Shown: positions 14,034-27,898, counted from the stretch's first letter. The stretch is 64,000 bases of DNA from Octopus vulgaris (GCA_951406725.2 OX597842.1:5022001-5086000); one strand, 5' to 3'. The notes: generated by a model not told the origin, from the sequence alone. Numbers and translations: made by a program.

Positions 14034-14906
14034 TGTTGTTGTCAGTGGAGGGATTGTAGCGGTAGGAAGGAGTCCGTCGCTTTGGAGACTGGTCTCTGCT
14101 GGAACCCCGTGGGGACCGTGACTTCTGTGAGTGTTGGGCCTTGCTCTCTGGGTCATTGACAAACAAGTCAGGCAGCTGTTGTATCTCATTGTATGACGTT
14201 GCGCTTCGTCCACTGTGCCGGTCAGTGTTAGGGCGTGCCTGTGACCTTGACCCCGACCCTCTGTGTGAACCATGAGGGCTTTGTTGTTGTTGTGAGAGAC
14301 CTCCATTAAAGCTTCGTTCAAAGTGACTTGGCTTTGTGTCAAAGGTCACAGTGTTCAGCCGTCCAGAACGTCTATGGCTCACTGGTTCCAGGTACTCAGC
14401 ATCTGGTTCCTGTTCATCTGAGCTGTGATATTTATTGTATTGCTTGCCAGTAGTATGAGGTGGGGTCAAAGCTGGCCTGTCTGCAATATTTATACTGCTA
14501 CCTCTACTAATACTCCGGCCCAATTTAACATTACCTTCTCCATCTGATCTCCCCTTTCCCTGAGATGTTGCCAACATGGAATTCAACACAAGGGTATTGT
14601 ATGCACGGTTCACGTGCCCTCCCCCATCACTTCTGATTTGTGCATTTGTCTTTTCCTGTCCCAAAACTGACTCTGACCCAGCAGTTACCACACTTGCCAT
14701 CGATCCATTGGTACCTAGTGGTACTTTAGTCAGGCTCTTGGATCTGTTATGTCGGCGCCGCTTGCCTGTTAATATTCCTGTATTATACATGTAGCAGAGT
14801 GCAAAGGCAAAGGCTATGAGTAGAAGCACAGCAATAACAATGCCAATGATAGCACCAGGAGCCAAACGTGACCCTCCAAACACAGCTTCAGGTTCATCAG
14901 GATCTC
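14034..14906 (-). CDS. Coding exon 4, transmembrane helix and start of cytoplasmic tail
   Basis: Acceptor ttgacag|GA. TM segment GAIIGIVIAVLLLIAFAFALCYMY, then basic KRRRHNR. 873 nt open. Phase-1 donor A|GTAAGT. Confidence 0.9.
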
Positions 14907-14997
14907 CTGTCAATAGAAACATTCATTAATTAAAAACAACTAATTAATTAAAATAAAATAAACATATTTAACAATAACCACACAAACATTCTAAATC

Positions 14998-15304
14998 AGT
15001 GGTTCTCATCTGGGGTTCATGCCAGCAAAATAGGAAATTGGAGATCTACAGAAGTATTTTAAAGGTCTGTAAAAAAGCTTTGCTTCAGATGGATTTATTG
15101 AAAGGAACAGCTAGGTTTCTTGCTCTGATGGTTTATTACATAGTTCAACCTATACAAGTTAATGTGTGGAAACAAAATAGGAATTTTGAAAGCAGCGCAT
15201 ATGAAACTAGTTTTTAAACATTGAATGGCTATGGGTTGGGGGGTCTACCAGAATAAAACAGTAAACAAAGGGGTCCATAGGTAAAAAATGGTTGAGAACT
15301 ATTG
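14998..15304. mobile_element. hAT/Charlie-like MITE (second copy inverted at 19322-19679)
   Basis: CAGTGGTTCTCA...TTGAGAACTATTG termini. Internal sequence is shared with 19322-19679 in the opposite orientation. Confidence 0.65.
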
Positions 15305-15330
15305 CTGAAAATAACAAATAACAGCATGTA

Positions 15331-16614
15331 TTAGGCTGTTCTGAAAATAATGCCTGCTCTAAGTGTTGTGTTTTGAAACGCAATTCTATCATAGTATTTT
15401 AATTATATTTTAGATGAATTTCAATATACTTAATAATTGATGTATGATCTTTACTAATTTTCTACTTTTTCAGACGGAAAACATTCTTGAAGCATAGGCG
15501 CCCTTAATTACGAACATGACAAAAAGAGGACCATTGCTTACTTTCCTTGCATGAGTTCAAGCTTTGGGCACAATGCCTCCCCAAACTGCTGTCAATATCA
15601 ACAGAGCATGGGGAAAGGGGTCCACAAGTGATTGCATAGTATGAAGGTGGCTTCAGAAATTCTGTAGTGGTGATGAGAGCTTTGAAGATGAAGGACGGTA
15701 GAGGAAGGTGATGCAGTCTTGACAATGAACAATTGAAAGCAATTGTTGGAAAAAACCCACGTCAAAATGTCAGAGAAATGTCTCAGGCACTTGGTGTCAG
15801 TGTTGCAACAGTCTCACACAATCCGCAGAAGATTGGTAAGGTGAAAAAGCTCGATAAATGGGTACCGCATGAGCTCAATGAAAATCAAATAGTTCGGTAT
15901 TTTGAAATGTGCTCGATGCTCTTTCTGTGAAACACCAATGATCCTTCTCGAGTGAATAGTCACTTGTGACGAAAAGTGGATCCTTTATGATAACCGTAAA
16001 CGATCAGGTCAATAGCTTGATCATGATGAGTCCCCCAAACATTTCCCAAAGCCAAAGTTATATCAGCAAATGATTATGGTGACTGTCAGGTGGTCTGCAA
16101 TTAATGTTGTCTATTACAGCTTTCTGGAAGCCAATCAGAGCATTACAGCAGAGGTTTATTGCAATCAACTCGCTGAAATGCATGCTCACTTGCAAAAAAT
16201 GAGACCTGCATTGGTGAATCGGCATGGCCCAATTGTTCTCCACAGTAATGCAAAGCCACATGTTGCAAGAATGATGCTGCTGAAACTCAAAGACTTGGGA
16301 TATGAGACTTTACCACATCTTCTATATTCTCCTGATCTTTCACCCACAGACTACCATTTTTTAAAGCATTTAAACTCCTTTTAAGTGATAAAACTTTCAG
16401 GTCCAAACCTTAGGTGGAATCAGCTTTCAAAGATTTCTTAGCATCAAAGCCAATAAGTTTTTATCAACAAGGCATAAATAATCTCGTTGATCGATGGCAG
16501 AGATGCAGAGATGTTCACGGCTCATACTTTGACTAATCAAAACGTTTCTATTGCTAATTTTTCCAGAATAAAATTATGTTTCTGAAATCAGCCATTATTT
16601 TCGGAACACCCTGA
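15331..16614 (+). mobile_element. Full-length decayed mariner (DD34D-type)
   Basis: ~28-bp TIRs (ttaggctgttctgaaaataatg / cattattttcggaacaccctga), TA on both sides, 1284 bp. WVPHEL and YSPDLSPTDY motifs, with stops and frameshifts. Confidence 0.92.
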
Positions 16615-17570
16615 TACATATTGGGTTGAAAACCCCTTTTGGATTGAAAAGTCAAAGGTTTCTTGTGGGACATGTACTGCTCTCCCATGTAGCTATGACA
16701 ACAGCCTTCAACTTTTTCTGTCCAAAAAGGGTCTTTCAACCCAAAATTACATATTATAAAGTAAAGTAGTAGACTGTTAGAAATGGTGGCAAAATGCTGG
16801 GCATATTGACAAGGAACAAGGATCAGAATATAAATGGGATGGTTGAGTAAAGGAAGAGAGAGATATAGATGGTGGCAAGTGCCAGGGCATACCCTTGGGG
16901 TTCAAATGCCATAATATAAGTGGCGGGATATTGTAAAGGGGGTGTGATTGAAGAGTGCGAGTAAGTGGCAAAAGACCTGGGTATGTATAGAGTTGTGGGA
17001 GGGCTACTGGATGGCAATGATACAGAGGAACGAGGGTGTGAGGACAGGATTGGTTTGTGAGAGCTAGGCATAGTGTATGAAGGAGTTATGTGTGGATGGA
17101 ACACACAGGTCAGGGGCTAGCAGATAGCAATAATAGAGTAGAAAAATAGCTTGTTAGAGCAATGTACAGCAGTGCTGTCAGCTGGGTGAGAGTTGGCCAT
17201 GAATACAGTGATGAATTTAGTGTATGAGTAGGGGTTCACCAGGGCTCAGTTCTCAGTCCACTCTTATTCATCACAGTCCTCCAAGCTATAACAAAGGGAT
17301 TCAAAACTGGTTGCATATGGGAACTATTATATGCAGATTTTATAGAGAAATCTGTAGTAGAACTGGAGAAGAGTATGGAAGCAAAACCTGAAATCAAAGG
17401 GCCTTAAAAATAATCTAGTGAAAACCAAAGCTGTTGTTAGCAAGACTCTCTTTCTGTTATATAAATGGCCCTGTCAATATGCAAGAAGGTGATGGAAAAA
17501 ATTCTACTTATTGCACCTGGTGCAAGTTATAGACACATAAGAGGTCTAGCAGAATCACAGGTAAGTTAAC

Positions 17571-17877
17571 TGTTGTAAAGTGGTCTTTTGCCACTGTTGT
17601 ATCTGACTTTTGATGGTGGTTGTCGCTCTGACAGATATTGTTATATTCTGAAGTCATTGATAGAATGGTTCTATCTGACACTGTATGATCCCCTAAGTCA
17701 TACAGTTTTTATTATCCTCAAAAGGTTGGATTGTTATAACATCCACTTAGTATAACAGTATAGTTACTATGTCAGCACAGACACAACTATCAACACAGTC
17801 TACACGTACTCTCGACCTTCTGACCTTCTTTCTGACGACTGGCTACTGAGAGGGGTGTGCAGTTTCACTATACAGCA
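17571..17877. mobile_element. Solo LTR
   Basis: 307 bp, TGTTGTAAAGTG...CACTATACAGCA inverted ends, 5-bp TSD TTAAC. Confidence 0.75.
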
Positions 17878-17886
17878 TTAACAGAG

Positions 17887-18405
17887 GAATTATTTACATT
17901 TGATGGATATTTGTCCTCATCTTGTTGTTAACACAACGTTTCAGCTGATATACCCTCCAGCCTTCATCAGGTGTCTTGGGGAAATTTCGAACTTGGGTTC
18001 TCATTCCTAAGGTATTTTTCGATGTTATTATTATAACTGCCTGGAATTGAACTCGAAATCTTGGGGTTAGTAGCCTGTGCTCTTAACCACTATACCAAAT
18101 GCTCGTGGGCAATTATGGAATGAATTTTAGGGCTTATAAATCTAATATTTTCTTATCCTTCCTCAATACTGGCTCCCATATGCTATTCATATCTGAATAA
18201 TGATAATAATAATAATAATAATAACACCAAAAAAAACACCGAAAAATACCTTAGGAATGAGAACTCAGCTTTGAAATTTTCTCAAGACATCTGTTGGGGT
18301 ATATCAGCCGAAATGTTGTGTTAACAACAAACAAGATGAGGACAAATATCGTTGAATGTAAATAATGTACATAATTCCTTATCTCTTAAATATAGAACTG
18401 TATTA
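17887..18405. mobile_element. Inverted-repeat Penelope-like derivative with hammerhead and tRNA-like spacer
   Basis: ~140-bp inverted arms, 9-bp TSD TTAACAGAG, hammerhead motif in the left arm. Confidence 0.7.
17930..17975 (-). ncRNA. Minimal type I hammerhead ribozyme motif
   Basis: Minus strand: gacac CTGATGA a ggctg..cagct GAAA cg TT gtgtt. The palindromic minimal stem III is typical of Penelope-associated dimeric hammerheads. Confidence 0.65.
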
Positions 18406-20036
18406 TTAACAGAGAAAGTTGTCTTCGTATGTGGCATTTGTGCAGGAATAATAAGCACTGAGGCTCCTTTGAGATTGTAGAAAACTTGTGTTACCTCGGA
18501 TACATATATACTTCTAATACAAGGATAAAATCTTATTAAAATCTGTTATCAGTGGCCAGTAAATGAAAAATACCTTTTAAGGTGAAAATTATAAAAACAT
18601 GTGGTGTAATAATATAAGTGAAAATATTTTATATAGTTAGATGATTTAGCATCTATTTTTCATCATATGCCAAAGAAAACTTTTTTCTTTAGCTCATATT
18701 TATTATTGAGTGTGTATATATATATATATCATCATCGTTTAACGTCTGCTTTCCATGCTAGCATGGGTTGGACGTATGACTGAGGGCTGGCGAACCAGAT
18801 GGCTACACCAGGCTTCAATCTTGATCTGGCAGAGTTTCTACAGCTGGATGCCCTTCCTAATGCCAACCACTCCGAGAGTGTAGTGGGAGCTTTTATGTGC
18901 CACCGGTACGAGGGCCAGTCAGGTGGTACTGGCAACGACCTCGCTCAAATCTTTTACACATGCCACCAGCACGGGTACCAGTAAGGCGATGCTGGTAACG
19001 ATCAAGCTCGAATGGTGTTTTTTAACGTGCCACCAGCATGGAGGCCAGATAGTCACTCTGGCAATGATCATGCTCGGATGGTGCTCTTAATACCCTACTA
19101 GCATGGGGCTCAAGTGCCAGTAGTGCGACACTGGTAATGATCACACTCGAATGGTGCCTTTTAAGTGCCACTGGCACGGAAGCCAGTTAGCTGTTCTGTC
19201 AATGATCACATTCGTATGGTGCTCTTTGCACCCTGCTAGCGCCAGTCATCGAATTTGATTTTTATTTTTGATATATATATACACACAATAGGTTTCTTTC
19301 ATATTGGTAAAACTGTTAGAGCAGTGGTTTTCAACCATTTTTTTATATATGGATCCCTTTGATTCCTATTTTATTCTGGTGGACCCCCATAAGTATTTGA
19401 TATTTAAAAAATAGTTTTATAGCTATTTCTTTCAAAATTCCTATTTTGTTTTCATATATTCATTTGAATATGTTAGCAAGAAACATGTTGAACTCTTTTA
19501 AGTGTCAGAGAAAAAAAAAACAGTTGTTTCTGGCAATAAATATACTTAAAGCAAAAAATTATTTCATGGATCCTTAAATGAATTCTGTAGGTCCCAAAAT
19601 TACTATCTTGCTTGTGTGGACCCCAAAAAATTTTATACAGACCCCTAGAGGCCATATGGACCCTGGTTAAGAGCCACTGTTTTAGAAGGTTGGGAATAAT
19701 GCCTTGTGTCTCTTCCAGATCTTTATGTCCCAACAGCAACACTAGCAATAACAAAAGTTCCAAGTCACAAGAATTTCTCGACAGGCATGGAGTAAGGGAG
19801 GGGGAAATTTACCTGTATAGGCAACTACCAAGTCTTCTCAAAACACCTTACCAAGACTTGTGCACAGACCCCATTGCGGTAGGGTGTGTGGATTAATGCT
19901 ATTTATTTTATCAACCCCCCCAAAATGATGAAAGGTAAAGTCAACCTCAGTGGCATTTGAACTCAGAACATAAAGGCAGACAAAAGGCCTCAAAACATTT
20001 TGTTCAGTAAGCAAATGATTCAGCCAGCTCACTGCC

Positions 20037-20250
20037 ATAATAATAATAATAATATTAACAATAACAATAATAATAATAATGATAATAATAATAACAATAT
20101 CAACAATATCAATAATAATAATAATAACAATATCAATAATAATAATAATAACAACAATATCAATAATAATAATAATAACAACAACATCAATAACAACAAC
20201 AATAACAACATTAATAATAATAATAATAATATTAATAATAATAATAATGA
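20037..20250. repeat. (AAT/AAC)n microsatellite
   Basis: Seen directly. Similar simple repeats at 950-1150, 24585-24770, 39680-39780, 47545-47790 and 59200-59670. Confidence 0.95.
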
Positions 20251-21194
20251 TCCTTTCTACTATAGGTATAAAACCTGAAGATTTTGGGGAAGGGGACCAG
20301 TTGATTACATTGATTCCAGTGCATAACTGGTACTTAATTTATCATCCCCAAAAGGATGAAAGGCAAAGTCGACCTTGGCGGAATTTGAACTCAGAATGTA
20401 GTGAGGGACGAAATACCATGAAGAATTTCGCCTGGTGTGCTAAAGATTCTACCAGCTCACAGCCTTTATCATAATAATAATTCTTTGGGGTTAGAATAAT
20501 TCACCTCTGGAAACATCAGTGTTTCATTCATCATCCCTAAACAAACCTTATTCAGGGACCTTTTGAGCAGGTTGTGATACTTGACCTGAAGAAAATTGTA
20601 ACTGGGCCTTGCCTGCAAAGTTAGGCACTGTTTACCTTGATAGGATATCACCATGTCACACACATATGGTTGTGCCTGGTGTATCCTTATCAGACATTTA
20701 GTCATGATGGGTATATTGGGCTTTGTATATTTGTAACCCAGTATCACTTTGATGGCATGTACTGCTCTCTCACTCAAAAATAATAATAATAATAATAATA
20801 ATAATCAGTGGTGGGCATGGTTCTGCCAATCTGCTTACAGCTAATTAGCAAAGCCAACTTTTCGTTTAGTGGATTAGCGTTTTCACTAACTTTAGAAACC
20901 ATTAGTGGAGCAATTAGCTTCTGCTAAATTTAGTTCCACTAACTTTCAGTCCACTAACAAAATTCAAACATTTGTTCCTGCCTGATGTGGGCATGTCTCA
21001 AAGCATCTGTCAGGCATGCTATTGGCTGACTAGGTGTACATGTGACAAGAGGTGATTGGTCAATGCAGCAGCAGCAGCAGCAAGCTGAACAGCATGGTGT
21101 AAATCTGCAGTTTTGAGTTGTGTTCATTTATGACGTTGTCACATTACAGAGTCAGCGACAGCAGTATACATTATCGGCATATCAAGTTATCACT

Positions 21195-23160
21195 TATCGT
21201 TATGGTAGCAAATTGTTGGATCATGTGATGAAAGTCATGGAGAGAGTCATAGCCCAACTAATTAGGGAGAGTTAGCCTCGATGAGATACAGTTTGGTCTT
21301 GTGCCAGAGAGAAGCACCACTGACGCTATATTTCTGGTAAGACAGCTGCAGGAGAAATACATAACCAAAGATAAACCTCTGTATTTGGCCTTTGTTGACT
21401 TGGAGAAAGCCTTCGACAGGGTTCCTCGATCCCTTATCTGGTTGTCAACAGGGAAACTAGGGATAGACTAGTGGTTAGTAAGAGCCGTACAAGTTATGTA
21501 CAAGGATACTACCAGTAAGGTGAAGGTTGTCAATGAGTACTGCAAAGAATTCAGGGTACACCAAGTAGGGGTTCATTAAGGATTGGTGCCCAGCCCCCTC
21601 TTGTTCATTATAGTCCTCCAGGCAATAACAGAGGAATTTAAGACAGGCTGCCCCTGGGAGCTTCTCTATGCTGATGACCTTGCTCTTATAGCTGAATCAC
21701 TATCAGAACAAATTCCAGGTATGAAAGCAAGGTCTAGAATTGAAGGGCCTTTGAGTTAACCTAGCAAAAACCAAAGTCTTAGTAAGTAAGAAGGTAGACA
21801 AATCACAAATCCCTTCAGGTAGATGGCCCTGCTCGTTCTGTAAGAAAGGTATAAGTAGAAACTCCATAAGATGCACCCAGTGTAAGCTTTGGACGCATAA
21901 AAGATGCAGCAATATTAGAGGAAGGTTAACAGAGAAACTAGCTTTTGTATGCAGAAGATGCACGGGTACAATAAACGCTGAAAATGGGCAGAAGATAGAC
22001 TCCCTCAACTGCCAGTGGAGCAAGCTAGAGGTAGTAGATAACTTTCGTTATCTAGGTAACCAAGTTAATAGTGGAGGTGGATGCTCTGAAAGCGTAGCTG
22101 TGAGAATAAGATTAGGCTGGGCAAAGTTCAGGGAGCTCCTACCTCTGCTGGCAACAAAGGGCTTCTCTCTCTCTCTCAGAGTGAAAGGCAGATTGTAAGG
22201 TGCCTGTGTGTGAACAGCCATGCCACATAGCAGTGAAACATGGGCTGTGACAGCCGAAGATATGTGTAAGCTTGAAAGAAATGGAGCCAGTATGCTTTGC
22301 TGGATGTGCAATGTCAGTGTGCATGTTCAACAGAAAGTAAACATCTTGAGAGAAAAACTAGGCATAAGAGGAGTCAGATGTGGTATGCAAGAGAGAAGAC
22401 TGTGCTGGTATGGTCATGTGATGTGTATGGATGAGGAGAGCTGTGTGAAAAAGTGCTGATTTCTAACTGTGGAGGGAACTCGTGCTGGAGATAGACCCTT
22501 GAAGACATGGGACAAAATGGTGAAGCATGATCTTTGAACTTTGAGTCTCACAGAGGCAATGACTAGCGACTGAAACCTTTGGTGGTATTCTGTGCTTGAG
22601 AAGACTGGTCAAGCCAAGTGAAATCATAGTCACGGCTGATGTTGGTGTCACGTAACTGGCACTCATACTGGTGGCATGTAAAGAGCACCTTTCAAGCATT
22701 GGGCCTCAGAGAGGAAAAGTGGTTGAGTTCCTTTTGAGCGTTGGGCCCCATGGAGGCAAAGTGGCTGAGTTCCTTTTGAGTGTTGGGCCCCATGGAGGCA
22801 AAGTGGCTGAGTTCCTTTTGAGTGTTGGGCCCCATGGAGGCAAAGTGGCTGAGTTCCTTTTGAGCATTGAACCTCACGGAGGCAATGACTGAGACTTTTG
22901 GCATTATGTTGTGCTTGAAAAGACTCTTGAAACAGCCAAATTGCAGTCCTGACAGATACCAGTGTCACACAAATGGCACCCATATTGGTGGCATGTAAAA
23001 GCACCCATTACACTCTCGGAATGGTTGGCATTAGGAAGGGCATCCAGCTGTAGAAAACTATGCCAAATCAGACTGGTGCAACCTTCCAGCTTACCAGCCC
23101 TGGTCAAACCATCCAACCCATGACAGCATAGACAATGGATGTTAAATGATGATGATGATG
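21195..23160 (+). mobile_element. 5'-truncated RTE LINE with 3'UTR and (GAT)n tail
   Basis: FVDLEKAFDRVP, WELLYADDLAL and QERRLCWYGHV motifs. The 3'UTR matches many dispersed copies. Confidence 0.9.
22700..22885. repeat. 42-bp tandem repeat, about 4 copies, in the RTE 3'UTR
   Basis: Unit ttgggccccatggaggcaaagtggctgagttccttttgagtg. The ORF track shows a 14-aa period. Confidence 0.9.
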
Positions 23161-24097
23161 AAGGTGAAGACATTTTTGCTCAGCCTGAGGGATAAAGGGC
23201 CTGTTGAGGAATCTGCAATAGCTGTGCATGAAGCAGAATCACTCAAGTTGAGAGCCAGTAGTCTCAGAACTCATGGCCCCACCTGGAGGACTACTTTTTT
23301 CTTATGACAAGGAATAAGAGGAATGCCAAAACCCTGTACTTCCAGTGTGTCATGTGCCAGCCGAAGGAGACCACCATCAAGGGACAAGCAGTAAGCCTCT
23401 ACATTTTGAAGTCGCATGTCAAGAGGAAACACCCAGCGCATGCCATCAAGTTTGAGGACAGGATCAAGGCTGGCGCTTCCCATGGGAAACACAGGCAATC
23501 ATCAGGAAGCAGTGCCAGTAGCCAGTCATCACAATCACAAGCAAAGAAAGCACACCAGCTCAGCATTGGCGAGGTGTTTACCCAAACTGCTGGCATTTGG
23601 GCCCATCAGTCTATGGTGGACAGAAGGATTGTAGACCTGTTTGTTGACAATATTCTAACACTGCTTGCAGTGAAGTCCTCCACCCTTGTCAGCCTGATCT
23701 AGATGCTGAACCCCAGCAAGGCATCAGTGTTCCACTGCACCCTGAGCAGGATGATCTAGGCCAGCCGGAGGAGTGTCTTACAAGGTATTTATAAATTAAA
23801 ATTATAGAAGTTTATAAAATCACTATTATGGTGTACTTCATATTTTCCGAATTTAATTTAATTATTTATGAAATAATTATTTTCTTAATGTAATAAAATG
23901 TATACTAGCTGACTGAAATAAATGTCATAATATATAATATATGGTATATATATTAATTTATCTTTTATATATATATATATATATCACGTGATCACGTGAC
24001 CGACCAGACCATCAGATGTTGTTACACATCGCTGGTCACAATGCGTTCGCATTGTTTTAGCCATCGAATGACGCCACCCCGCTGGCTAAGCGAGCAG

Positions 24098-24132
<35 letters not shown>

Positions 24133-24805
24133 CACTCATGATTAAGTTTGCACAGCCAAAACTGCAGTCTTTAATGAAATAACAAATTAACAAACCTTAA
24201 GTTCTGAACTTACCAAATTCCGACCATCATTACATCCCTCATCTTGGTTATTCATGCCCCCACCCACAACACGTCACCTATCAAGGTAATGTCACTATTT
24301 TCGAAAGTTTAATAATAATCCTTTTTAATCTGTGGGTTAGCAGTTACTGAAGCCAACTTTTTGGTTAGCTGTGCCCACCACTGATAATAATCCTTTATAC
24401 TAAAGGCAGAAGGCCTGAAATTTAGTGGGAGGAGACAAGTCGATTACATCGACCCCAGTGTTTCACTGGTACTTAATTTACCGACCCTGAAAAGATAAAA
24501 AGTAAAGCCAATCTTTGTGGAATTTGCCCTCAGAGCATAAAGAAGGACGAAATGCTGCTAATGATTCTTCCAGCTTGCTACCTTACAATAATAACAATGA
24601 TGATGATGTTGATGATGACGATGGAGGAGATGAAGATGAGGATGTTGATGATGATGATAATGAAGGTGATGATGTTGATGCTGCTGCTGATGAAGATGAT
24701 GATAACGATGTTACTGATGATGATGATACTGATGACAATGATGTTGATGAGGAAGATGATGGTGATGACGAGAAGGACATAGACAACATAAATACTGTTA
24801 CTTAC

Positions 24806-24938
24806 GGTATCCTTTTATCTCCAAAGAAAAATCATTCTCTGTATAGTATTGTGTTTTAGGTCTATACAATGAAAGAACAGCAGTGCTAGATTTGGTGACT
24901 ATCATGTCAGTGGTCTTGGAGCCATGTCCCAACTGTCT
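24806..24938 (-). CDS. Coding exon 3, C-terminal half of CUB-like domain
   Basis: Pyrimidine tract plus cag acceptor (an in-frame alternative lies 6 nt downstream). Encodes RQLGHGSKTTDMIVTKSSTAVLSLYRPKTQYYTENDFSLEIKGY. Phase-1 donor C|GTAAGT matches exon 4. Confidence 0.85.
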
Positions 24939-25311
24939 CTGATGCCAATCAGTTGATGAAAAAGAAAACAAAAAGAAAACAAAATGGAGATATATAAAAA
25001 ATAGGTAAAGGTGACCTTTGATCACAAATGTGCATGTGATAGCACCGAGAAAGTTCCCCTCCAAGGCACAAGCCCATGCAAGGTTGTTTATGGAAGACCA
25101 GCAGTTTCCCATGTTCAAGGGAGAGGCAAAGGGGCTGATACAGCTTGGCACCAGTGATGTCACAACTCATTTTTACAGCTGAGTGAACTGGAGCAATGTG
25201 AAATAAAGTGTCTTGCTCAAGAACACAACACACAGCCCAGTCTGAGAATCAAACTCACAATCTCACGATTGTGGGCCCGATGCTCAAATCACTGAACCAT
25301 ATGCCTTCACA

Positions 25312-25345
<34 letters not shown>

Positions 25346-27259
25346 AAGACCTCCTTCAGTCAAAATGACCAGGGGATTGCATCTACAAAGATCCCCTCTG
25401 AGGCACAAGTCGGGGCAAGGTTGTTTATGGAAGACCAGCACTCACCCATGCATACCAGCCTCCATGCCACCAATGTAGTCCAAGGGAAAGCAAAGGCCAA
25501 TACAGTGGCATCAGTGATATTGCAACTCATTTCTACAGTTGATTGAACTAGAGCAATGTGAAATAAAGTGTCTTGCTCAAGAATACAACACACACATACA
25601 CACATATATAAATATATATATTTGAAAGAATGATTAGAGATGGCTTTTTTGAAGAAATAATTTTTATTTAATCTTAATAATAATGTTTACAGTGAGTTAC
25701 TCTGATATGAGTTTCAAGCTTTCAAGTAGTCATTTCCAAACTGCTTAAACAGCAGAAGATCTTTTCTTACAAGTAAACATACAAAAAAATATTCACAGAA
25801 AAGAGAAATATTTATTATCTTTTTATATTCTTTTCTCTTTTTTGTGTATATTTTTTGTATGTTTACTTGTAAGAAAAAGTTTTTGCTATTTAAGTAACCA
25901 GTAAAACATACATTCTTCAGTTTGAAAACAGTTACTTGAAAGTTTGAAACTCAGAGTAACTCACGGTAAACATTATTATTATTAAGATTAAAATAAAAAT
26001 TATCCCCGCAAAAAGGTAATCTCTACTCATTCTTTCAAATATATATATAATACTGTAACAAGAACTTTTTCTTCATTTTTCTACACACACACACACACTT
26101 TCAGAAATACTTTGCATTGCCCAGGTTAAAGAAAATAACGAAATTTAAAAACACCGTCTAGATTATGCAGGTCTCAACTGCTAGTAGCTGAGATATCAAC
26201 TTTCCACATTAATAACTCTCCAACCCATGCCAGCATGGAACATAGACGTTAAGTGAAATGTTAAGAGAAAGTTTTCAACTCATATATGTATATAAAGTAA
26301 ATACACATAATTCAAAAACACGTTTTGTGTTGCTTATTTCTTAACCAAAAAACAGGTACAGATTACAAACAATGAAAGGCCGCATGTAGAGTACACACAC
26401 ACACACTAACAGACAGTGAATATATCATGTTTTTTCACTTTTATACACGCAGAAGCATGTCAGCGGAAAAGTAATGGTTTTACACTTCTGTATATGACAT
26501 GCACATACTATTCATGTAAGTATTTCTCCACATACTATGATTTCTGTTTTGTCATGTTTATCATTGAAAATGTAGAGATTCTTTGCATCTCCAACTCTAG
26601 AACATCCAACATATTAGCTGACCATGTGAGTAGCAAGGCTGAAGGAGGTTAAGTTCCACCACCTTTAGAGATTGACTTTGTGCTTTGTTGATAAACACTG
26701 CAAAGCTAAGTTTGACAGGAAATTGCAGTCTTGAACTGAAAGGAGAGATCATTTGAGATGAGAGCTATCCTTGGAATGAAGACATTCTCACCCATCATGT
26801 TGCCTGTAATTATTGTTGCTTTCAACACATGGGGCCTGGCTGTTTTAACAACCAGCCCTCTTCCATTGCAGAGTCTACAGTAGAAGGGAGTTGCCCAAGG
26901 TGCCATGCAATGGCACTCAATCTAAAATCATGTAATTGGAAAGTAAACTTCTTACCACACAGACACTCCTGAGTCTGCTTTTGTATGTACATACATGCAG
27001 GGACACACAAATATATACATTTATATACTTACATATGCATATACGCCTATATATTTATACACACATATATACACACATACATATACATACACGCATATAT
27101 ACACACACATATACATATATATATACACATATACATATGTGTGTGTGTATATATATATATATAATAGAAATATGTTACAAAAAGAAAATAGAAACTACAC
27201 ATGGAAATGTAAGGGGGAAGTAAGAAAAATCAATAAAAAATGCATATTGTAAATAAAAA

Positions 27260-27839
27260 AAGAAAAGGCTTTTTATGAAAGGTAATGACATATATACATT
27301 TAGATGAACTGAACTGAGGTAGTAATAAAAGTCATTATTATGAGATAATTAAATAGATTCGGCAAACCACGGTTTCATCATGAGCTATTCATTGCTTTGA
27401 ATGAACACCGGCTAATGAACGGTGTCAGGTCTAATAGTTCTTGAGTAAAAAGATTATTTGTAAGGGAGGTAAGTAGTTCTGGATTTTGTGCAGTTAGGTT
27501 AGAGATAGAATTGTAATGTGAGTGGTGTAAGGGATGTATGGGGGTTAGCGGTATTAATTACGTATGTAAGTGTTCTGTATTAAGTTATGAGGTTCATATT
27601 TAGTTGGGGAAAATATTTATTGATGAAAATTGCCTTTTTATTCAATCTTTGTTGTATTGAGGTGTTCTGTGAACATTGATAGAAGGGGAAGATTTGGAAA
27701 TTAGGATTCCTAGCACACCTTTCACTAACCTGAAACTGTTTGTATTGTGGGTGGTGGATTTGTTCTTTGTGGATGGTGGTTCTTCGACGGAGTGATATTC
27801 CTGTTTGTCCAATATAGTGGTTACCACATCCACACACAC

Positions 27840-27840
<1 letters not shown>
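27260..27840 (-). mobile_element. Penelope-like 3' fragment (GIY-YIG endonuclease)
   Basis: CGNHYIGQTGISLRRRTTIH...IFINKYFPQLN, followed downstream by a hammerhead-like motif. Abuts (TA)n. Confidence 0.8.

Positions 27841-27898
<58 letters not shown>

Larger units (their letters stand above)
17150..18500 (+). mobile_element. RTE LINE fragment interrupted by two nested insertions
   Basis: GVHQGSVLSPLLF- and WELLYAD-like coding at 17150-17570 resumes at 18406. Confidence 0.75.
20806..24383 (+). mobile_element. Deleted hAT transposon with BED-finger remnant and nested RTE
   Basis: TIR CAGTGGTGGGCA/TGCCCACCACTG and 8-bp TSD ATAATAAT. PWPHLEDYF...CVMC...LKSHVKRKH at 23270-23440. Confidence 0.85.

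Noticed and set aside
20000-20474. Poly-Asn/Ile/Leu ORFs, also poly-Asp at 24515-24859 and poly-Pro at 39641-39970
   Set aside because: Trinucleotide microsatellites are open in several frames by construction.
22700-22885. Regular repeats superficially like a CRISPR array
   Set aside because: Contiguous 42-bp units with no unique spacers, in eukaryotic DNA inside a LINE 3'UTR, with no cas genes.
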